Positions 1-7,413 of a stretch of 64,000 nucleotides of DNA are shown piece by piece (positions within the stretch are counted from its first letter, which is position 1; each line of letters begins with the position of its first letter). This stretch comes from Parcubacteria group bacterium (GTDB lineage: Bacteria; Patescibacteriota; Minisyncoccia; Moranbacterales; UBA11712), in the NCBI GenBank assembly GCA_041659065.1, contig JBAZYY010000007.1, forward strand, positions 863 through 64,862, in the 5' to 3' direction. The position numbers were made by a program, and so were the translations under genes. The notes below the pieces were generated by a model, which was not told the origin of the DNA, did no database searches, and saw only the letters and a list, made by a program, of their open reading frames with translations.

Positions 1-561
1 TCTTTCATCAGGAATACGCAAGGTTCGTATCTCTTGTATCGGCAAACCCACCCGGCCCATTCTCCCGTGAGTAGATCGAGAACGATTTCTCCTCTTGCCA
101 CAAGCAGATCTTGAATCTCTTTTTTGATTCCGTTTTCATATGTGTCTGAAGCATCATCCTTGAGGCACTCATGCAGCGCCTTCAGGTCTGATGTTTCAAG
201 AGTTTCCAGAAGTCCATCATCGAGCAATCCGGTGCACAACAAGACACCCCAATATGGTCCAACTTCCCCAATCAACTCCTCCATATCCCGACAAATTTCA
301 ACCCAGCGGACAATCGCATCGACGTATTCCGGCTCGCCTATATAACGACGACCAGTGGCCAGATCACCATAGATAAAATCGTGATCTCGAATGCGCAAAA
401 CGATGAACTCTCCCTCCAGAGGTACGCGCTCAGTCAAGCGTAAATCTTTTCTGAGCCTTATGATCGTTCCTCTGCCAAAAAGACAGTCGCCCAAATATTC
501 GAGGGGGTCGCCCTCGATTTTTATGGAGTATTTTTCGGTAAAAGAAGTTTTCTTCATGGCC
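1..561 (-). CDS. hypothetical protein, 3' end beyond the window (start ATG at 561). Absent from the ORF track because it has no in-window stop.
   Basis: Manual translation of the minus strand from 561 to 1 is open throughout (MAMKKTSFTEKYSIKIEGDPLEYLG...). No recognisable domain. Confidence 0.4.
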
Positions 562-717
562 ATTCTCCTTTTTTAATGTGCAATTGTTTTAATTTATTAA
601 AACAGTTCAGTTTATTGTTGTAATCGTTTATTGTCAACCATTTACGTTATTTTATACAACTCATTGTGCTTTATATATAGAATTATTTAATAATATTAGT
701 TATCTTATCGTAATAGA

Positions 718-746
718 TTGACACTTTTTAAGGATTGGTCTATAAT
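718..746 (+). promoter_or_regulatory. sigma70-like promoter: TTGACA, 17-nt spacer, TATAAT
   Basis: TTGACA at 718-723 and TATAAT at 741-746, 8 nt upstream of the ATG at 755. Confidence 0.4.
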
Positions 747-754
747 GCCGCCAT

Positions 755-1549
755 ATGGAAAATAACTCATTAGAAAACCTATTAGAGCTGGGATTTTTAC
801 CCAATGAAGCCAGAGTTTATCTGGCCTGTTTAGAGCTCGGAAAGGGAACAGTAACGCAGATAAGCAAAAAAGCCGGCCTTAACCGGACTACTGGATACGA
901 TATTTTGGAAAGATTGAGTATAAAAGGACTTGTCAATATGGCTCTGGCCAAGGGAAAGAAAAGATTTTATTCCGCTCTATCTCCTTCAAGGCTTAAGCAA
1001 TACCTTCGAGGAAAAAGGAATTTATATGACAAAAGACTGGAAAAGCTAGAAAAAACGTTGCCGAAATTAAAATTACTTTACAAAGAAACTGAAATGAAGC
1101 CAGTAATCAAAATCGCCGAAGGAGTGGAAGCCTTAAAACAAATGGCTTGTTTGGAATTGGATACAAAAAATATAGTCTATTCATTCGCTAATCTTACGAA
1201 TTATGCCGAGACTTTCAGTGATATGGGAAAAGAAAGGACGGCTGAACGTCTTCGAAGAGGCATAAAGGAGAGATGTCTTTCTATTGATAGTGAATATGCC
1301 CGCGATTGGTGGCAAAAGAATTATGGCGGAAAAAAAAGATTGCAGGAAATGACTGAATACCGCTGGATCAAGCCTGATAGCAATTATTCAACTGCAGGTG
1401 AAATCATTATTTTTGACGACACTGTTGTAGCCATACTTTCCAAAACAAGTGATAATGTAGCTTTTGAAATCAAGTCCGAAACTTTCGCAAACTTTCTGAA
1501 AATTCTTTTCGAATCAGCCTGGCAATCATCCCGGAAATCAAGCACATAA
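755..1549 (+). CDS. TrmB-family transcriptional regulator, paralog 1 of 4
   Basis: N-terminal TrmB-type winged HTH (LLELGFLPNEARVYLACLELGKGTVTQISKKAGLNRTTGYDILERL), followed by a coiled-coil segment and a C-terminal domain shared with the other three paralogs. Confidence 0.7.
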   Translation: MENNSLENLLELGFLPNEARVYLACLELGKGTVTQISKKAGLNRTTGYDILERLSIKGLVNMALAKGKKRFYSALSPSRLKQYLRGKRNLYDKRLEKLEKTLPKLKLLYKETEMKPVIKIAEGVEALKQMACLELDTKNIVYSFANLTNYAETFSDMGKERTAERLRRGIKERCLSIDSEYARDWWQKNYGGKKRLQEMTEYRWIKPDSNYSTAGEIIIFDDTVVAILSKTSDNVAFEIKSETFANFLKILFESAWQSSRKSST

Positions 1550-1578
1550 AAAGAGGTTACATACGAAACCTCTTTTTG
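1549..1578 (+). terminator. rho-independent terminator hairpin followed by a T-run
   Basis: aagaggtt-acatacga-aacctctt, then TTTTT, immediately after the stop codon. Confidence 0.5.
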
Positions 1579-1789
1579 TTAAATTTTGAGCGGATGAAGG
1601 GAAGCGAACGTCGCTCCGCTCCTTAAAACCTTGTGGTTTCAATACTTTCACTCCGGGAAAACTCTCGTTTTCCCGACCCCCGCCTGCAATGCTTTGCATA
1701 GCAATGCGGGCAGGCCTTTTCTTGTTCGATTTCCTTTTCAATACACGGCAAAACAAAAAATCCCCCTGAGGAGATTTTTTGTTTCGATG

Positions 1790-1861
1790 AGCGGGTAACG
1801 GGAATCGAACCCGTGTCTCTACCTTGGCAAGGTAATATAATAGCCACTATACGATACCCGC
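1790..1861 (-). tRNA. tRNA-Gly(GCC)
   Basis: Manual cloverleaf: GCGGGTA acceptor, anticodon loop CTTGCCAAG, T-loop TTCGATT. CCA is not encoded. Confidence 0.85.
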
Positions 1862-1944
1862 CTTTGTCTCGCCGGAGCGAGACTACGGCGGGCAAGCCCG
1901 CTGCAGTCCGCGAAGGCGGACTTTTTCTATTATAACAGCTTTTG

Positions 1945-2299
1945 TGCCGGGCCCCAGAATCGAACTGGGTACACAAGGATTTTCCTCGTTGTTTTCTTGA
2001 GTTTCCCCAAGGATCGGACTATTTCATTATCCCTCTTGGGATATCGGGCGCTTTTGCAAGGTTATTGTTGGGACTCACTTGCTAGTCTCTACACCTGCCT
2101 CCGCTAAAGCTATGACAGGCAAGCCCTCTAAAATTGGCTTGCTTGTAATCCGTAGCTTCCCGGCGAAGGATTGGATCGAGATTGCCATATCGTCTCATCG
2201 ACGATTTAGGTTTCCTCGAATTCACCCGATTTTCATTCCCGCGTTACCGCGAGACGGACCGAAAACCAGTCCTCTGCTCTACCAATGAGCTAGCCCGGC
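1945..2299 (-). tRNA. tRNA-Phe(GAA) interrupted by a ~282-nt group I intron in the anticodon loop
   Basis: The exons reconstitute GCCGGGCTAGCTCATTGGTAGAGCAGAGGACT|GAAAATCCTTGTGTACCCAGTTCGATTCTGGGGCCCGGCA. This is very similar to canonical tRNA-Phe, and all stems pair. Confidence 0.7.
1985..2266 (-). other. group I intron inside tRNA-Phe, inserted at the 33/34 boundary of the anticodon loop
   Basis: Contains matches to the group I core elements: R-like GTAGAGACTAGCA, S-like AATAGTCCGA, P-like AACGCGGGAATG. It ends in G. No intron ORF is present. The 69-aa plus-strand ORF at 2079..2288 lies antisense inside it and is spurious. Confidence 0.55.
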
Positions 2300-2303
2300 G
2301 ATG

Positions 2304-2377
2304 TGGGCGCGAGAGGACTCGAACCTCTGACCCTCTGTTTGTAAGACAGATGCTCTAACCAACTGAGCTACGCGCCC
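2304..2377 (-). tRNA. tRNA-Val(TAC)
   Basis: GGGCGCGTAGCTCAGTTGGTTAGAGCATCTGTCTTACAAACAGAGGGTCAGAGGTTCGAGTCCTCTCGCGCCCA folds as a canonical cloverleaf. Confidence 0.85.
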
Positions 2378-2631
2378 GTAGTATCCATTGCTTTTATTAT
2401 AGCATTCCTAATTTTTCTTCCAATTCCTGTTTTATAAAATTTTTCTCTTCTTTGAGCGTCAGCTTTACAAATATAATCTTCAAAGAAGATAATAACGAAA
2501 GGCTTATTTTCTTTTGCCCATTTCGTTGCACCGTAATTATGTTCTCTCACTCTTTCAGTGGGATGCTTCTCAGTTAACCCAGAATATATCTTTCGATTCC
2601 TCAGGCTTTTTATGAAATATACATAAAACAT
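2368..2631 (-). CDS. small GIY-YIG nuclease family protein
   Basis: MFYVYFIKS...IYSGLTEK...RVREHN is a GIY-YIG motif set. GAGGT RBS sits 8 nt upstream. The 3' end overlaps the 5' end of tRNA-Val by ~10 nt. Confidence 0.7.
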   Translation of the reverse strand: MFYVYFIKSLRNRKIYSGLTEKHPTERVREHNYGATKWAKENKPFVIIFFEDYICKADAQRREKFYKTGIGRKIRNAIIKAMDTTGA

Positions 2632-2674
2632 ATTTAGTCTAACCTCAGCCAGAGGCTGATCCGCCTCTGGCGGA

Positions 2675-2691
2675 AACTGAGCTACGCGCCC
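2675..2691 (-). repeat. 17-nt duplicate of the tRNA-Val 5' end (acceptor plus D-stem)
   Basis: The minus strand reads GGGCGCGTAGCTCAGTT, identical to positions 1-17 of the intact tRNA-Val at 2377. A 9-bp hairpin (gccagaggc/gcctctggc) and the GIY-YIG RBS follow. Confidence 0.5.
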
Positions 2692-2735
2692 CTATATTGT
2701 AATTCTTAAAAACTTGTCCTGCATCAGAATTAACG

Positions 2736-2807
2736 CGCGGACGGGGAGATTCGAACTCCCACCCTCTGATGAGGACAAGCCTCTCAAGCTGGAGTCTGCC
2801 CCGCACC
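2736..2807 (-). other. tRNA-like 3' portion: anticodon arm (loop TTGAGAG, anticodon GAG), long variable arm, T-arm and 3' acceptor strand. No D-arm and no 5' acceptor strand.
   Basis: The minus strand reads GGTGCGGGGCAGACT-CCAGC-TTGAGAG-GCTTG-TCCTCATCAGAGGGT-GGGAG-TTCGAAT-CTCCC-CGTCCGC-G. It is either a pseudo-tRNA or the 3' half of a split tRNA. Confidence 0.4.
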
Positions 2808-2816
2808 AAATCTTTT

Positions 2817-2900
2817 GTGGGGATAGAGAGACTCGAACTCTCACGCTCTAACGAGCCACGCCCCTCAAGCGTGTGTGTATGCCAATTCCACCATATCCCC
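2817..2900 (-). tRNA. tRNA-Leu(GAG), type II with long variable arm
   Basis: GGGGATATGGTGGAATTGGCATACACACACGCTTGAGGGGCGTGGCTCGTTAGAGCGTGAGAGTTCGAGTCTCTCTATCCCCA folds canonically. Confidence 0.85.
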
Positions 2901-2991
2901 AATTGGGTAAATCTAGAAAATTGGTGCAGGATGAACCTACTGGATTCCACCACGTCCGCGTAAATACGGAATTTTTAAATGTCATTTTTCT

Positions 2992-3024
2992 GGTGCGTGG
3001 TGAATATGCCAATTCCCCGCTCGC
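2992..3024 (-). other. tRNA 5'-half-like fragment: acceptor strand GCGAGCG plus a D-arm with a Leu-type D-loop GAATTGGCATA
   Basis: The minus strand reads GCGAGCG-GG-GAAT-TGGCAT-ATTC-A-CCACGCACC. The acceptor strand pairs 6/7 with the 3' strand of the 2736..2807 element. The trailing CCACGCACC pairs 8/9 with the GGTGCGGGG that opens that element. Confidence 0.3.
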
Positions 3025-3193
3025 TTCAAATTGCCCGCCTGCTTTGATATGCGAAGCGATCCGGGTGAGCGCCATATATCCTCAAAGCAATCAAAAAATT
3101 TGGGCGGATTAGCCTGCCGAATTGCCCCGAGACTATTGTATGGCAGCAGAGCGTTTAAGACCGAATCGGTATCAGGCAAATATCAAAAACATA

Positions 3194-3691
3194 TTAAACT
3201 TTCACCTGTTGCTTTTTTTCTGTGCCTGCTTCAGCTTTTTTGTCTTCGCCTGATTCTTTTTTGGTCTCTGAATTTACAGCTTCTTCGGTTTTTTCCGTAA
3301 TTACAGATGTTTCGGTTTTTTCTTCTTCCGCAATAAAGCTTGCGAGCTCTTTAGTCTTTAGTTTTGAAATGCGTAACCCTTTTTGTTTCAAATAGTATAA
3401 TTTGGACCGCCTTACCTTGGCTCGTTTGAGTGCCTCGATTTTTACGATTCCTGGCGAATAGAGAGGAAAGGTTATCTCAACTCCGATTCCAAAACTTACA
3501 CGGCGCACCGTGAGCATCGGAGAAGAACTTTGCCTCCCTTTGATTGCAATTACAATTCCTTCAAATATCTGCACTCGTTCCTTAGCTCCTTCTTTAATTT
3601 TTCGATGAACCTTTACAATATCCCCAGACCGCAGTTCGGGCATCTGTCGGCTCGATCTAACCTTACGGTTATACGCGTAAACTTTCTCCAT
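3194..3691 (-). CDS. rplS: 50S ribosomal protein L19 with a Lys/Glu-rich C-terminal extension
   Basis: DIVKVHRKIKEGAKERVQIFEGIVIAIKG...TVRRVSFGIGVEITFPLYSP is the L19 signature. Confidence 0.9.
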   Translation of the reverse strand: MEKVYAYNRKVRSSRQMPELRSGDIVKVHRKIKEGAKERVQIFEGIVIAIKGRQSSSPMLTVRRVSFGIGVEITFPLYSPGIVKIEALKRAKVRRSKLYYLKQKGLRISKLKTKELASFIAEEEKTETSVITEKTEEAVNSETKKESGEDKKAEAGTEKKQQVKV

Positions 3692-3767
3692 AAATAAAAA
3701 AAGTGACTTTTTAAGCTTTTATATCTTATAATCTTTTAGCAGTAAAGTCAACCCGCAGCCTTATGGA

Positions 3768-3796
3768 TTGACAATGAGCAAAAAAAGGTTTATACT
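3768..3796 (+). promoter_or_regulatory. sigma70-like promoter: TTGACA, 17-nt spacer, TATACT
   Basis: Consensus -35 and near-consensus -10 in the rplS-divergent intergenic region. Confidence 0.35.
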
Positions 3797-3896
3797 ACTG
3801 TAGTGCCTGGAGAAAATGGCATTGAAAAAGGAGGAATTAAAACTACTTTTTGGAAAGGGTTTTTTATTTTTGAAGAAATAGTTTAAGAACCACTAT

Positions 3897-4061
3897 ATGA
3901 CAAAATACGAACTCATAAAGAAACTCGAATATCTGATTGCATTTCAATCTGACTGTCTGGCAAGTGGCGACTGGGATGAGTTCGATAGAGCGGAAAATCA
4001 GATAAAAAGGCTTGAAGAAAGCATTCTGGCTGAAAATGAAACATCTAAATTTGATAATTAA
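3897..4061 (+). CDS. small hypothetical protein of 54 aa, below the ORF-track length cut-off
   Basis: MTKYELIKKLEYLIAFQSDCLASGDWDEFDRAENQIKRLEESILAENETSKFDN. Non-repetitive and helical-looking, downstream of the 3768 promoter. No clear RBS. Confidence 0.25.
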   Translation: MTKYELIKKLEYLIAFQSDCLASGDWDEFDRAENQIKRLEESILAENETSKFDN

Positions 4062-4163
4062 CATTATAAATAAGGAGTCGTTTCGCGAAAATATGCACAA
4101 AAATATTATATATAAGCTAAATTAAGGCAATCTATTATGTCAAGGCCTAGAATAGTCAGCACT

Positions 4164-4191
4164 TGACAATTAGCATTACAAGCAGTATAAT
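4164..4191 (+). promoter_or_regulatory. sigma70-like promoter: TTGACA, 16-nt spacer, TATAAT
   Basis: Perfect hexamers upstream of the 3D-domain gene. Confidence 0.4.
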
Positions 4192-4284
4192 ACTCCGTTA
4201 AGCCTGAAAAGGGCTTTTTTGTTTCCCGTCAGCGGAAAGCAAATTCCTGAAGTAAGGCTTAATATTAATAATTTATACTGCCCA

Positions 4285-4860
4285 ATGCGTATTTTGGCAT
4301 TAACTGTTCTCGCAGTTTTGTCTTCCGCGCTGGTCTTAGGCGTCGGAGCTCAAGCTCAAGAACCACTCGCTCAAAATACAAAGCAAAACACTGGATCTCA
4401 AAAAGAAAATTTAATCAGCAATGCAGATCAACAAAGGGCGCAATCTATTGATGAAAAAAAGATATTTTCCGCCAATGACAGCTTTATTAGGCTGGCATAC
4501 ATAGTCAATGTGAAATATCCGGCTCTGAAAGCGGCAGCTAGCAAGCAAAGTCTGTTTAAAAGCCAGCCTTTGCCTGAGGGAAGCTTTGTCGTCAATGCGA
4601 GCGCTTACACTGCTGCAGCCGATGAATGCGGAAAATCAGACGGAATTACGGCGAGCGGTGTGAAAGTTCATAGAGGGACTCTCGCCTGTCCCCGCAAATT
4701 TCCTTTCGGGACAAAGATGGAAATCGAAGGAATGGGAATCTATACCTGTGAAGACCGTGGAGGAGCCATTAAAGACAATCACGTCGATATCTATATGCCT
4801 ACAAAAGCTGAAGCCTTCGGCTTTGGACGGAAGAATCTAATCGCAACTGTTATTAACTAA
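4285..4860 (+). CDS. secreted 3D-domain protein (MltA/RlpA-like cell-wall-binding fold). The ORF track extends to a TTG at 4219.
   Basis: Signal peptide MRILALTVLAVLSSALVLGVGAQA. C-terminal 3D-domain motifs: ASAYTAAADECGKSDGITASG...GTLACPRKFPFGTKMEIEGMG...DRGGAI...HVDIYM. Confidence 0.65.
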   Translation: MRILALTVLAVLSSALVLGVGAQAQEPLAQNTKQNTGSQKENLISNADQQRAQSIDEKKIFSANDSFIRLAYIVNVKYPALKAAASKQSLFKSQPLPEGSFVVNASAYTAAADECGKSDGITASGVKVHRGTLACPRKFPFGTKMEIEGMGIYTCEDRGGAIKDNHVDIYMPTKAEAFGFGRKNLIATVIN

Positions 4861-4862
4861 AA

Positions 4863-4893
4863 AATACCCCGCCGTATCGGCGGGGCATTTTTT
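4863..4893. terminator. bidirectional rho-independent terminator
   Basis: ccccgccg-tatc-ggcgggg, with T/A runs on both sides. Sits between the convergent 3D-domain gene and clpP. Confidence 0.6.
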
Positions 4894-4944
4894 ATCGCAA
4901 GAAGATCCTTAGATCACATTCGGAATGATTCCGCTTGGACGGAA

Positions 4945-5547
4945 TTATTTTATAATCTTATCAACTAGGCCATATTCCTTCGCTTCCTCGGCACTCATAA
5001 AGTAGTCGCGGTCAGTGTCTTTCTCGACCTTGGCTAGCGCCTGTCCCGTGTGTTTAGCCATTATCTTATTGACTCTCTCTTTGATTTGGAGGATGTGCTT
5101 GGCGTGGATGGCGACATCAGCCGCTTGTCCTTGAGCCCCGCCCATGACCTGATGGATAAGTATTTCGCTGTTCGGGAGGCAAAGCCGCTTTCCTTTTTTT
5201 CCGGCAGTGAGGAGCAGCGCTCCCGCGGAGGCAGCTAATCCTATGCAAATCGTAGAGACGTCGGCGCGAACGTACTGCATGGTGTCATAAATTGCCAAGG
5301 CCGACGTCACTTGTCCTCCCGGTGAATTAATATATAGTTTGATGTCTTCTTTGGAGTTCTGGCTGTCTAGGAAAAGGAGCTGGGCGATTATCGCGTTAGC
5401 GACATGATCGTCAATTCCCCCACCCAAGAAAACTATTCTTTCTTTGAGAAGCCTGGAATAAATGTCATAGGCTCTTTCACCATAAGCGGTTTTTTCAATC
5501 ACCGTAGGGATAAGAATTTGGTTTTTTATCATATATATTTCAAGCAA
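4945..5547 (-). CDS. clpP: ATP-dependent Clp protease proteolytic subunit
   Basis: [31 protein letters not shown]...INSPGG...[11 protein letters not shown] are conserved ClpP motifs. Confidence 0.9.
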   Translation of the reverse strand: MLEIYMIKNQILIPTVIEKTAYGERAYDIYSRLLKERIVFLGGGIDDHVANAIIAQLLFLDSQNSKEDIKLYINSPGGQVTSALAIYDTMQYVRADVSTICIGLAASAGALLLTAGKKGKRLCLPNSEILIHQVMGGAQGQAADVAIHAKHILQIKERVNKIMAKHTGQALAKVEKDTDRDYFMSAEEAKEYGLVDKIIK

Positions 5548-5579
5548 CCGGCATTAGACTTGGCCCAATGGCGGATGCG

Positions 5580-6854
5580 TTACGATTTTGCTAATAATTT
5601 AAATACTGCTTCATTAGCCAGGATGCTTTTGGTGTAAGCATACAAACTTTCAAGATCGAGCTGGTTCTCCATATCGGAAATACTTTTCAGATAGGCTATT
5701 GCCTTATTCATCTCTGCTTCAATTTCGGTACTCGGAATTTCAATGCCTTCCTCCTCGGCTATTTTTTTGAGAGCTAAGGCGGATTTAACTCGCTTGATCG
5801 CATTTTCCTCCCAGCCTTTCCTTATTCCATCTCTGGTTTTCTTGATATTCTCCAGGTAAGTGTCAACGTTCATTCCCATTGAAGATATATTCTGCTCAAA
5901 TTCAGACATCATCTTATCAAGTTCATTCTCAATCAGTAGGTCGGGAACTTCAACTTCCGAATTTTTGATAATGCTTTCCATAACTTCATTTCTCCAGCTA
6001 TCCTCGTTGCGCTTCTTTTGCTCCACTCCGAGCCCATCTTTAATACTGCTTCGCAGCTCGGATAGACTATTGAAATGGCCGAGATTTTTCACGAATTCGT
6101 CATTCAGTTCCGGCAGTTGTCTCTCCTGAATTAAGTTCACTTTAACCTTGAACATCGCGGCCTTTCCCGCTAGTTCTTCCTGGTGATAATCTTTTGGAAA
6201 TGTTAGCTCGAACTCCTTTTCCTCTTTTTCTTTCATTCCCAATAATTTATCCTCAAATCCTGGAATGAAATAGCTCTCCCCGACAACTAATGGATGATTT
6301 TTGCTGGAACCCTGCGGGATTTCTTTTCCATCTATGCGCACTTGAAAATCAATCTCCACCTTATCTCCAGCACGGACCTCACGTAAAACTGTCACCAGCT
6401 TTGCCCGGCTTTTTTGTAGATTTTCTATCTCTTTATCAATCTGCTTTTCATCAATCTCCGCATCTTTAGCCAATTTGACCGACTTTGCTTGTTTTCTGTA
6501 GTCCCCGACATTTATCTCGGGCATGACACTTACTACGGCTTTGTATTCAAGATTATTTCCAGGCGCGATCTTTGTAATGGTTATTTTCGGCTCACCAATC
6601 GCTTCGATTTTATTTTTTACAATGGCATCCGCGTAGCTTTTTTTGACCGCTTTCTCGGCGCCGTGCGCCAGCACCTTTTCTGCTCCGATTTTTTTCTCTA
6701 CGATTTCCCGTGGTGCTTTACCCGGTCGGAAACCGTCGATTTTAATTTCTTTGGACAGCTCCTGAGAGGCCGATTTAATGAATGTTTTGAATTCTTCTGC
6801 GGGAACGACAATCTCAAATTCAATTTGAGACTTTGGAAGTTTCTTTATCTGCAT
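5580..6854 (-). CDS. tig: trigger factor
   Basis: N-terminal ribosome-binding domain, FKBP-type PPIase segment (GDKVEIDFQVRIDGKE) and C-terminal arm. 424 aa. Confidence 0.85.
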   Translation of the reverse strand: MQIKKLPKSQIEFEIVVPAEEFKTFIKSASQELSKEIKIDGFRPGKAPREIVEKKIGAEKVLAHGAEKAVKKSYADAIVKNKIEAIGEPKITITKIAPGNNLEYKAVVSVMPEINVGDYRKQAKSVKLAKDAEIDEKQIDKEIENLQKSRAKLVTVLREVRAGDKVEIDFQVRIDGKEIPQGSSKNHPLVVGESYFIPGFEDKLLGMKEKEEKEFELTFPKDYHQEELAGKAAMFKVKVNLIQERQLPELNDEFVKNLGHFNSLSELRSSIKDGLGVEQKKRNEDSWRNEVMESIIKNSEVEVPDLLIENELDKMMSEFEQNISSMGMNVDTYLENIKKTRDGIRKGWEENAIKRVKSALALKKIAEEEGIEIPSTEIEAEMNKAIAYLKSISDMENQLDLESLYAYTKSILANEAVFKLLAKS

Positions 6855-6859
6855 AAGGA

Positions 6860-7393
6860 TTATTTTGCGAATTTATTTGCATACAACTTAACGCTTTTCT
6901 CGACAGCCTCAAACGCTTTTTCTTTTCCCTCCACTCCGTCTATTGTTACGACTTTGTTGTCTATGGATTTGTAGGTTTCGAAAAAATGCTTGATTTCTTT
7001 GATCGTATGAGGATTTATATCGGCGAGATCCCCCACGTTTTCCCAACGGGGATCATCGACGGGGACTGCGATAATCTTGTCATCAGAATCACCGGTATCG
7101 GTCATATGCATCACAGCTACGGGTCTTACGGTAAGCAGAATGCCGGGGTAAAGAGGATAAGTGGCAAGTATCACGATATCAAGCGCGTCTCCGTCGTCCC
7201 ATAATGTGCGGGGAGCAAACCCATAATCAAAAGGAAAGTCTTGAGCGGACTTCATTGCTCGGTCCAGCTTGATAAGCCCAGTCTTTTTATCGATCTCAAA
7301 CTTATTTTTTGACCCTCTTGGGTTTTCCACGATAACATTGAATTCTTGAGGGGTCTTATCTCCCAGAGATAAGTCGTGCCATAGATTAGTCAT
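6860..7393 (-). CDS. ppa: inorganic pyrophosphatase
   Basis: VIVENPRGSKNKFEIDKKTG...DGDALDIVIL...DDKIIAVP is the family I PPase signature. Confidence 0.9.
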   Translation of the reverse strand: MTNLWHDLSLGDKTPQEFNVIVENPRGSKNKFEIDKKTGLIKLDRAMKSAQDFPFDYGFAPRTLWDDGDALDIVILATYPLYPGILLTVRPVAVMHMTDTGDSDDKIIAVPVDDPRWENVGDLADINPHTIKEIKHFFETYKSIDNKVVTIDGVEGKEKAFEAVEKSVKLYANKFAK

Positions 7394-7413
7394 AGCTTTT
7401 AGTTAGATATTAA

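Noticed and set aside
2079-2288. 69-aa plus-strand ORF inside the tRNA-Phe locus
   Set aside because: It lies antisense within the group I intron. It has no RBS or conservation signal, and the intron is too short to carry a typical homing endonuclease.
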